Positions 12,558 to 22,657 of a stretch of 64,000 nt of DNA are shown here, in pieces. This DNA is from Lepidodermella squamata. Taxonomy: Eukaryota; Animalia; Gastrotricha. Positions within the stretch are counted from its first letter, which is position 1. Each line of letters opens with the position of its first letter. The stretch lies in NCBI GenBank assembly GCA_047495785.1, contig JBLDXI010000032.1, positions 1,674,001 through 1,738,000 on the forward strand, given 5' to 3'. The notes below the pieces were generated by a model. The model worked only from the letters and a program-made list of their open reading frames with translations, searched no databases and had not been told where the DNA came from. The position numbers and the translations under genes are program-made.

Positions 12558-13473
12558 TTATTGTTTTTGAGTCAGAATACCGCGCGGCACCGAAATGACC
12601 GAAACGAGGCGGGCCTTAGATTTTGGCGGGGCGGTGTCTCGACTGTGCAGGATCGAAGTGTCGACCTGCTGCACTGTCGGCTTTGTCGTAGCTCTGGCGG
12701 CGCGTTTGACAGGGTTTTTCTTCGCGCCGGCGCTTCGCTTCTTCGAGACTTTGTTATTTCCCGCGAATTTCGGCGTGCTGTTGCCTTCGTCGACAGGCGG
12801 CGCCAATTTAGCTGGAGGAGCAAAATCCTCAAAGCCTTTCATTAGATCGGTGAAGCCATCCTGGTCATTTTCACCCATCAGCGGAGGAGAATCCGCGCAT
12901 CCGCTAGCCTCGGCGCCGGCCGCGTTGACTTGAGGCGTGGAGTATTGACGCATCTCGGCTGTAATATAAAAAAATGTATTAAAACAAGGCCGACAATTCT
13001 CAAAAATGTAAATGCATATCTCAAAATTTAAAGATAAATTTTTGAAATTTAAAAAATTAAATACCTGGATCGACGATTTCACTGGCCATATCGAGCGCAT
13101 TCAGCATATTTGCTGTATCGGCGTCGTACGACAAACGCCCTAATTCGTCATCCGCATGGATCGGCTGCATCAGCGGCACGTGATCAGCCGGCTGATCGGT
13201 CGGCATCAGCGGCGGCCTGTAGACTGGCGTCATTTGCGCTTCGCCGGCGATCATCATCGGCATCAGCAACACTTGATCGGACGGCGCCGGATTAGTCGGC
13301 ATCTGCGGAGCTCGGTAGACCGGCGTCATCGGAGCCTGGTGGGCAATAACTGGCGTCATCGGAGCTTGACCGCCGTTAATTAGCGGCGGCTGGTAGGCGA
13401 TCAGCGGCGCCGGATAGCCCATCGGCATTTCGGGAACCTCGCGAACAGCGCGGCCTTGTAATTCGTGAAACAT
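12558..13473 (-). CDS. Transposon accessory ORF3: Pro/Met-rich repeats and a basic C-terminus
   Basis: Exons 13473-13065 and 12958-12558 join in frame via a GT-AG intron. Repeated (A)PMTPV motifs and NLS-like KKRSAGAKKNPVKR. The start is uncertain and overlaps ORF2 in another frame. Confidence 0.55.
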
Positions 13474-13793
13474 CGTCGCAGATCAGCATCTGTTGCGCCG
13501 CTTTGCTTCGCATCGTAAATAGCCGAGCTAAAAAAATTAAATTAAAAATTGAGAAATAACAAATTTGCATTGAATTTGAGAAATTAAATTAAATTAAAAA
13601 ATTAAATCACAATAAATTAATTAACTCACTAGATGAAGTCGACAAGGACGTTGTACGTGTCCTGGCGGCTTTGAGGCGAATTGTCGTTGCCATAGAGGTA
13701 ATTTTGCACTTGCGTACACAAGGTGCCGATAACAGGAAGCGGAGTGTCGTGGCGTAAAAAATCGAGGTAAGTGTGGCGATAATTTTCGGCCAT
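13401..13793 (-). CDS. Transposon accessory ORF2, 96 aa, unknown function
   Basis: Exons 13793-13630 and 13527-13401 (GTGAG...TTTTAG intron): MAENYRHTYLDFLRH...VLVDFIY|SAIYDAKQSG...FARFPKCRWAIRRR*. Not shown in the ORF track. Confidence 0.5.
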
Positions 13794-13887
13794 CGTAAGA
13801 AATCAACTCAAAATATCAATAACACCCTAAAGTTGATGAAATAACAATATGAAAATGATGCATCTCGCGTATTTATCGCGTTGAAAT

Positions 13888-16624
13888 TCATTGCGGCTGG
13901 TTTTCAATGGTTGCGAAAAATTCTGCATTAACACGCGGCGACGAGAATAAGACAAAAAGATTTCCCTTGGGCTTCAATGGCCAGGGATATAAAAGAGTCT
14001 TGGGTTCATAAATAAAACAATCCTTCACATTCTCGCAAGTGACTCGGTAAGAATTAGTGCCAGGTAAATACACAACGGAAAGAGGGGCCAAGCGGAAAAA
14101 TAATTTCATATTTTGCTTCAAAACAAAAATGCTCCGAATGCGGGCGAAAATCATGTTTGAAGGATCAGTGATGACCAAGTCGCCGGGAACGAATTCCACG
14201 CGGCGAAAAGTGACGCTTTCGTAGGTTGTGTGAGCGAGTTCAACGCTGTCGTCGAATTTGAGCCGCGACTTGCCGAGAACGACTTCTTTTTCGGCGTCGG
14301 CATTCATCGAGAAAACTGCCTCACGCGAGGCCAGATACTTAGCGACAGACAGCGCAGAATTGCGATAATTCCCAAAATTAACGCGCCTTAAATCGGCGTA
14401 GAAATTCTCGAACCTATAAAGAAAATTGTTTAAATTGTGTCTTTGAGATCGAATAGTGATATTGAATAATAATAAGCCGGGCGAAAATGTACCTCGCGCA
14501 CGAATAATAACGAGCAGGGCCGAAATCGAGCATCGTCAGAGGCAAATGATGAGTGGCGTGCTTCTTGTATACCACTGATTTTTCAGGGTACGCAGCTTGA
14601 AAGGCCCGGTGATGCGCTGTTGTGACGACTTGAAGCTGGTGACGCGTGACGTCGTCAACGATCGGGCTCATAGTTAGCTGGCACTGAATGGCGAGCAGTC
14701 TGATAGATACCAAATGCGGCTCGTTAGCCGGAAGCGCGTTTGGCAGCGTGGCATTGATGAAGGCCAAGATTTGGATGATAGTATCGAAATTTTCCGCACC
14801 CTTGCTGAGAAGCGATAGCGAGCCGGCGGAATTTTTCACCAGCAGCATCTTCTGGTTGCCGAAGACTTTGAATTTCGCCAACGCTGAGTTCAGCTGGTCG
14901 AAAGAAAGTTTTCTGGCCGAACACACCAGCCAGCGGAACAGAAAGCCCAGCTCTCGCGGGACGATTCCCTATGAAAAAAATTAACATTTTTAAATATTTT
15001 TCCGCCAAATTTTAATGAAAAAATTCCGAAATTGCATTTATTTTTCTTTAATAAAAAAAAACAAAAATTTAATTTTTCAAAATCAATTTAATTAATTTTC
15101 ATAATAATAAATTCGGGAAGATGGAAAAAATTAGAGAAAAATTGTAAATTGTAAATTAATAAAAAAACTTGCCTGATCAAGAAGATGAAAAGGATCGGAA
15201 AGGTAATTTTTGAAGCTGAAGTAGCTAACGTCGAAGAAGGGCGACCGGAAATGTAGACTGAAAACCTTCTTCCTGAAAGCCCGGGTTTTGCGATCAGGAG
15301 CCATGTCGATCAATTTAAGCTGGCGGAGAATATCCTCGCGAGTTTTCGAGCAGCTCACCTCAACAACACATAAATCGCCCATTTTTTTTCCCGACACGCC
15401 ACAGTGACAACAAATCGACCGAATTTTTGCGCCGAAACATACGAAGACGCCGAGAATTTGTTTGGCAGCCAAACAATCGGCTAGAAGGGCGAGGAAACGA
15501 ACTGGTAGCACACCAACATTCGGGACTTCAATGCCGGTTAACTCAAGAGCTAGCAATGTCATGATGAAATTTTTGAGGATTTTTCGCCAATTCACAGCCG
15601 CGAACAACTTGAAACATTTCGAATTAGCAACCGCGAGAAAATTGCGCGATTCAAGGGTGGAGCGGACGTGCTGATGTAAATTTGCTAATTGCCACTGAAA
15701 AATGGTCATGGAATGCAAGCCACGAGCTGAGCCAATGGCGTTGGTTAGGCCGAAATCGTCAACGTGCAATAGAATAACTAGACAACGGTCTTGATCTAGC
15801 TGCTCTAAAATCTTTTTGTAAAACGCACCGTGCGAAAAATCAGCCATAAAATTGTCACGAAATTCTGGTGGATTTCGAATCTGATCTTGGACCGATTTAC
15901 GAGAAAGGACATTAGCTAGCGAAGTTTCGAATGGAATGTAATAACCAGTACCGCCGGTAAGTTCCACTTCCCTGGGTTCAATGTAAAGGCCGCGAGATGC
16001 TAAATACTTTTCTCGACTTTTTTGAGAGCATAATGACGAAAGCTGGCGGCGAACTTCTTCATTGCTTAAAATTGAAGCTAGAGCAACGAAATTACTCGCG
16101 ATTTTGTCGATCAACGACATGGCGACACCTTTGCGCCGAAGTTCGGCGCATAGAATAAGAACGAGGTCGAACGCTTTTTCGACTTCTGTTTTCGGCGTAG
16201 GAGGGCTGAACGAGCAATCGATGCCTTCGCCAACGAATTGCTCAAAATGCGCATTAGTGAATTTAGGTTTCGAAACTGGAGGGTCGATGTCATGCGGCGC
16301 CTCATGAGGCAACGAACCTGAGGCCGCAAAAGGAAACGCATCCGCAATTTCCACCGCCGGATCGGTGCTACTTTCATCAACCGAAGCTACTACGACAGCT
16401 GGCGCTTTTTCGCATGAAGGAGCGTGAACAATAAAGCGGCGGATACCAGTAAAGGCGACTAAACAAGACGGGCATGAAAAGCGAAAATTGGGAATAGAAG
16501 CCCAATTGGCGTGTTTTTCGTACGTGTGTTTTATCAATCTATGGCAATTCGAGTAAATCAAATCGCAAGCGCAACACTTGAACTCGGTATCAACCCTGGC
16601 CTTTTTCGCGGGTGGTTCAGCCAT
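13888..16624 (-). CDS. EnSpm/CMC-type DDE transposase with N-terminal C2H2 zinc fingers (~817 aa)
   Basis: Exons 16624-15173, 14968-14493, 14413-13888 (first intron GC-AG). Motifs HVDDFGLTNAIGS, LADCLAAK, CCHC, DPFHLLDQ|GIVPREL, KKHATHH, CARFE. No stops or frameshifts. Confidence 0.85.
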
Positions 16625-19600
16625 GCCAGAAGCTGACTAAACTGCAGTAAACGGTTTTTCTTGACTTTCTAAAAAGAACGTATACATTTTAAATAGCGCT
16701 TATTAAATTCGAAAAAAAATCGAAAAAGAATAACACCGAAGGTCATGGGTCATGTGGTAGAGAAACGGACTGAAAATTGATGCGAAATATTTGATAAAAT
16801 TGGATGTTGTTGTGCGATTTAATCGCGGAAAAATTCGGCGGCGTTATAGAAAAATTTCCGGCGAGTAATTAGACAGCCAACAAAAAGCCACCTTAATTTC
16901 ATAATTATTAAATGAGCTGGTTTAGCCGTTTATCTCAGCGTCTGGTGTCCGTCAGGTGTCTTTCTCGCCTCATCGCACTCTCTTGGACACCGACGCGCAC
17001 CTGCTCTGCGGTCGGTGTCTTATTAAGTCATGCGTCTTTGAATCACCTCAAGTACCGCACAGCTCTTGACTTGAAGCGGCAATAAGTAGCTACTCACTTG
17101 AAAATAGAAACTAGGCACCGAACAAATTTTCATTATATTGTCATTTTATTTTCAACAAAGAGTCGTCGTTGTGTCATTTTATTCTCACGGTCAAGTTTCG
17201 AGGCTTGTAAGGAAAAACCAAAGTTGTGAATGAACTGGCCCGTATGGCATGCAATAAAGTCGGAAAAAGAATGTGATAATATAATATCAGTCAAAAGGCT
17301 GAATCGGGCAGGAGTCGAAAGTCGGCGTTTGGCGGCGCAGCAGCGCGGCTTTTCGGCTGCGGCGCAAATGGTGTTGTTATAGGCGGCGACGCACCGGCGT
17401 GCGCCCGGACGACAAGGGCGCACTTGAACACTTGAACACGCGTTATGATACCGCGAGAAACAGTCGGTGTGCGCGCCCCGGCCGTTATAACGCGTTGTGT
17501 AACGCCTCACACTGCATAACGCGTGATAAATCTAACAGTGTAAGAAATTTCCAGTAAATGCGGTTTTTATCAGTTTAAAAGCCTTTTCCCTCCATATCCG
17601 ATTCAAGTTCGAATCGAAGAGAAAGTGAGCATTTTCATCTTTCATGGCACTTATCTTGAAAAAACCCATGGCTGCACCATAAGTTTTTGTATTCAAAAAG
17701 GAGAGGAGATTGAGAAGAAGGTTTTAAAAGAGAAAACAGCAAGAACCACGTCAACTTATCCACGACTTTTTCGCCCTGATGGGCAATCACATTTTAAGCT
17801 CAAAATCGAGTTTCAAAATTGGGCTGTTCCGAGACCTTATACAGCAGAGCCCTTTTTTCACTTGTAACAAGTTGAAGGAAGCGCATACTTCTTATAAAAT
17901 AGCAAATATGCGGGTGCTACCACGATTTGCGATCCATTCGGTCCCAGACCGCGGTAACAAGATGGTTGAGGTAAGGAGTCATCCGATTTTGGTCCGATTT
18001 CAGTTGCTCGTTTCCGTTTAGCTGCTTGGTAAAGATGCGTTCCCCATCATAGTTATCCACACCCGTTTTAACTTGCATCGTATCCAAGACATTTTGGTGG
18101 TAAAACCGTTAGTCGGAAAAGTATCACTGTAGTGGCCTACAATGGCCCTCTGATTCATTGTAGCGGCCTCGGTTGGCCCTTGGGCTGGATCCTGCAGCGG
18201 GCAAGCTCGGCCGTACTAATAACCACTGGCAACTTTTCTCGCTTTCGAGTTGCAGCCATGGTTTGGCTGAACGATTTAGTTCTCTAAAACCTTCCATCCA
18301 CCGAGCTTAACTAAATTACACAAATGAGTCTTTTGATGGTAGACCTTACTACTGTTCAAGCGACAACGGAAGTCTCCCCGTGGCGGTAGCGGGCAACGTA
18401 ATTCATGGCAAATGTTGGGTCGGGTCGCGTACGCCCTGCTGTCGTTGAAAGTGGACTCTCGGCGAGTGTAAAACGATCGTCTAGGAAAGCCTCCACGCGT
18501 TAGCTAGCTAGCTACCAGCAAATTGGGAGACTTGGTCTTGGTTTAAAAGTGACGAGTGACCGTCATCTCCTGCCTTGGCGGGGCCCCAGTGCTTTACATG
18601 TTCACAACATCGAACTACAAGGAGATGGATGTGGAGGTATCGGGCTACGGGAGTCTCCCCTCTGGTCCTAACCAAAAGCAACCTACCCAACTTACATACA
18701 ACCAGCTGCCCCCAGATTATGCTTCCCATTCTAAAATGAAGCTAAAAATTTGACGGTGGGCGGCGCCAACAATAGAACGCGATTGACGCAGTTGAAAAAT
18801 GACGGATCAAGGTTTTTCCGCGGTTTGGAAAGTGCACCGTTAAGTGACTTGAAAGCAAGGATTGTAGCCATATTAGATGGCACTCTATCACGTTTTAGCG
18901 CCAACGGGGAAAAGTTATCCCGATCCCTAGGCAGTCCAGCAGCGCAACTCGACAAAGAAGCCAGTTGTCGGTGGTGCGGTGGCGCATTTTGTAGGCACTC
19001 ATGCTGTTGCAAGATCAAGGTCAAGACCAAGGGCCAACCGCGGCCGCAACAATGAATCAAACTGCCATTGTGGGCATTTTAGTAAATCTTGTCCGCGTTC
19101 TTGATACAAAGTGAAGACTACCATAGTGCCAAAATGGTACCTTTACCACTCCTACTAAATCAAAGGGAAACCAACTTACTTACATCTCACAAAGAGCATT
19201 CCGCAGGAGTAATTAGCAAAATCTACTGGTTTTACCACCGTATTTTCTTTAAGTTGATGCAAGCGAGCATGAGAGTCAAGAAGGATAATCGGAAACCTAT
19301 CTGTACTACGTCAGTCCACAGATACCAGGGATTTAAATGGTATGGGTCCGCATCTCGAGCGTCATGTTGCCGCGGTCAGGGCAACGGTTCAGGCCGGAAT
19401 GCATACCCCAATTCATGGTATCACCGGCATATTAGTTATCCTTATAGAAGAAGGCACTCTTATCAACTTGTGAGACTTGGAATAAAGTCTCCGCGTTGTG
19501 CGGTTTCAGAATAGAACGGCTCCGAATCTCGATTTTGTGCTTGAAATGTCATTGCTAAGCATTACGAAAAAGTCGTGGATAAGTTGTGGTGGTTTTTGCT

Positions 19601-20549
19601 TTTTTCCCTTTTAAAACCTTCTTCTCAATTGCCTCCCCCATTTGACCACGAAAAATAACGGTGCTGCCATGGTTTTTTCGAGATGAGTGCGATGAAAGAT
19701 CCTAAATGCTCACTTTTCCTTCGATTCGGACTTGACTCGGAAGTGGAGGGAAAAGACTGAAAAGCAGTGGATAAACACTGCATTTACCGGGACTTCTTTC
19801 TTCCCAAGTTAGATCTTGTTGTGTTCTACTAGGGAATTTGACAAAACTGTGGTTGAACCCATTCCGTTTCTTGCAGCAGTGCTCCAAAAGAAGCCATGTC
19901 ATGCAGTTTCGAGGTGTTGGGTCTGACGTAGTGAGTGCTAATCGGGACAAAAAAGTCTTGGATAGGCTGTGGGGATCCTTGCTGCTTTTCCTGTCAAAAC
20001 CTTCCTCCCAGCGCCGTCTCCAATTTGACTACAAAAAGCTACGGTGCAACCATGGGTTTTTTCGAGATAAGAGCGACTGAAAACACCAAATTTTCACTTT
20101 CTCACTGATTTGCAAGCCGGGAGGGAAGCGACTGAAAAGCCGTGGATAACCACCATATTAACTAGCTATTTCTTGGTTCCCCACAAAGCCTTTTATGTGC
20201 TCTACTAGGGAATGTGACAAACCTGTGGTTGAACCCATTCTGCTTCTTGAAGAAGCGCCGCCAAAAACGCCAGTGGGTGCATTTTTTCAAGGTTTTTGCA
20301 CTTTCAGGTCGCTATCAGGTCACCTAACGGCAGAAAACCCACGGTTACACATGCATTTTTATCAATTTCTGGATACGTTCGACTGTTCTCTACCAGGTAA
20401 TCCGAAAATTTCATGGTAACATCCACAAAAGCGCATTATATTTGTTGGTCATTTGTCTAGTGCATTCATTTTTTACCACAAAATTGCGGGCCAAGTATAT
20501 TTCATAGTATTATGCGCGCGCGTAGTACTTTTTATAGTGCGCAGTACTC

Positions 20550-20960
20550 CGAATACGCGCTAGTAGCCCTTCATACTTTTATGTAATCTGCAGAGTTTTT
20601 TGAGCGTGTATGCGATCGGTCTGTTATAGCGTAAAACCATCGAAATCGGGCGAGAATCAAGCATCAAGTGTTGATACAGGATGCCGCAAGCCTGTGCTTT
20701 GTGCAAGCGATCGGAGTTCCCGAAGATAGTACGGTACCCGAATTATTTAACGCGACCGCTCCATCGGAGGATGACATCGAATCCTGATAAGCCAGGCTGA
20801 AAGTTGTCCGGAAGAGTTACATGAAAGGTTGATGCACCTGTCAAGTCGCGCACCCTGATATCCTCGCTTGGGAAATTCTGGTGTCAAATTTTCTGGCGAC
20901 ACTGGCGATCGCCCACCTGTTGAGGCGAAGAAATATGAGCCGCGGCAAATGAAAACCGTA
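20550..20960 (+). mobile_element. Probable continuation of the Gypsy-like pol remnant
   Basis: LGNSGVKFSGDTGDRPPVEAKKY resembles the IDTGDxxPIxxxPY segment between protease and RT. Same strand as the 10108 remnant; heavily decayed. Confidence 0.4.
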
Positions 20961-21071
20961 GCTTACGACATTTTTTTCAAATTCGAGTTCATTGCATGGT
21001 CTAATGCAGTTTTTCGCGCTCATTCCAAATCTGAAACCCATTTTTTAATATCTGCTACCGTTCTCAAGATA

Positions 21072-21575
21072 CCGTATTTCTCGAAAATATACCGCACCTC
21101 GACAATATCCCCCACCCCGAATACAACCCTACCAAAATTATCGTATGATCATAAATATACCGCACCTCGAAATTCTACCCCATATTATTTAAAAAAAATC
21201 AGAGCGCAGTATCAATTTACTATAAAAACGAAATAAGCACCCCATCAGCCGGTTGCTTAGCTTGGGCTGGGCCTAAGATTATCAGTGATAACTCAACAGA
21301 GGGATAAAGAGCGAAGTTGGGAGATGATCCTTTTGAATTTTACAGTCAATTCTTTTCGAAATATGTTTTCAATGTTTCTAATTTCATGGCTGATATCGTG
21401 TTCCAATCGTATAGAACTAAACCTGACTGATAAAACATAAATACAATTTCTGAAAATTTGTTGGTGGATCATAAATATACCGCACCTCGAAAATATCCCA
21501 CACCCCGATTACAACCCTATAAAATTGTTGGTTCAATCACAAATACACCCCGGTGTATATTTTCGAGAAATACGG
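21072..21575. mobile_element. Tc2/pogo-like MITE
   Basis: TIR CCGTATTTCTCGAAAATATAC at both ends, TA flanks on both sides, internal aatataccgcacctcga repeats. Confidence 0.8.
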
Positions 21576-22066
21576 TATTAACAATTGAGTGCGCGCACAT
21601 TAAAATTGCAATTTTTCAGGAGAAGCAAAAAACTAAAACTAAAGATTCGCACATTTAATAGCGACAAAATTTGATGAAACCTTTGCAAAATGCGTTGACC
21701 GAAATGCCTCATTTAGTGGTTTTAATGGCCAAATAGGGCAGTTTGAGTCGTGAGTTGAGTTGAGTTTGAAAGGCTCGCCTTTTTATATATGGCTATGACC
21801 GTTATAACCAATAAGCAGCATACCACAGACGCAATTTGAGTTTCAGACTTAACAGCGGTCCTCAAAACATCCACTCACGTTGCATAACTTTTTTCATCGC
21901 AATCGGCATCCACCGGCACACTGCTTATTTTTCACCGAATTTAATGTGTAAGGCAGCCGTTCTGCAATCAGAGTACGATAAAAGTCTGAAAAGTATCTGC
22001 AACAGGCCCAGCCGAAATGATTAGCTTGGATAAATAATGCGAAGTGCCGATGGCGAAAATCAATCA

Positions 22067-22267
22067 AGTCAATGGGAAGACCAGTTATTTTTTCTATCTT
22101 ATGCGCACCAACTGTGCACTGCTTTTGAGCAACAAGCTGATACTACTGAACACTCTAATCCGCGACTTCGAGTGTCGGCCGCAACACGGAGTGATCACTT
22201 CAATAAGGTATTTGCATGTGAACCGAATTCGCGGTAACATCCTACTAAACGGTGCGATTTGTTATAG
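22067..22267 (+). pseudogene. 3' fragment of NEP-2 (duplicated, frameshifted)
   Basis: SQWEDQLFFLSYAHQLCT...HSNPRLRVSA matches 6794-6994. No upstream exons; a deletion lies near the end. Confidence 0.85.
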
Positions 22268-22657
22268 AAAAAATCAGAGTATGGTCGAAAAATAAAAATT
22301 ATTCATAGCAGTTAACGAACTGCAGGAGTTTTTAGTACTACAGCATGTTATCTTTACTTTATCATTCCACCTCCTTGTGAAACAAACAATGCAGTAAATG
22401 GGAAATGGCATGTGTCGAGCCCAAAAAATGAGTAGTGTTATAAGCCTCTGATAAACTCAAGATTAATTGCTTATTATAAAAATGAATGTATTTTTTTCTT
22501 GTAATTTCTTATCACGTTGCGCGCTTCCCATGGATAAACTTTTGTTTTTTACTGCATGACGCAACTTATAAGTTTCGAAAAATGAATAACGCACAGCCAA
22601 ATAAAATCATAAGAAAGAAGGGGACGGGTCACACATTACATTTTATTCATTTCTGGT

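Larger units (their letters stand above)
11210..17540 (-). mobile_element. EnSpm/CACTA-like (CMC) DNA transposon, 6331 bp, probably autonomous
   Basis: Perfect 24-bp TIR CACTGTTAGATTTATCACGCGTTA, TA 2-bp TSD (the empty site can be reconstructed from the opposite foldback arm), subterminal ACGCGT repeats at both ends, internal transposase. Confidence 0.92.
10457..20549. mobile_element. Foldback-type element with >=1.2-kb inverted arms (about 3.8 kb without the nested insertion)
   Basis: Termini GAGTACTGCGCACTATAAA / TTTATAGTGCGCAGTACTC. Left arm 10457-11209 plus 17543-~17965 mirrors ~19362-20549, including a ~170-bp identical patch (10537-10707 vs 20301-20471). Arms contain a ~370-bp internal repeat. 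No clear TSD. Confidence 0.8.

Noticed and set aside
10857-20150. Repeated TTATCCAC(A) resembling DnaA boxes
   Set aside because: The context is eukaryotic and the motifs are part of the foldback arm repeats; there is no oriC context.
10457-20549. Assigning the foldback element to Sola3 (GAG...CTC ends, long TIRs) or MULE
   Set aside because: The flanks are not TTAA, no 9-bp TSD is visible and no transposase was found, so the superfamily is left open.
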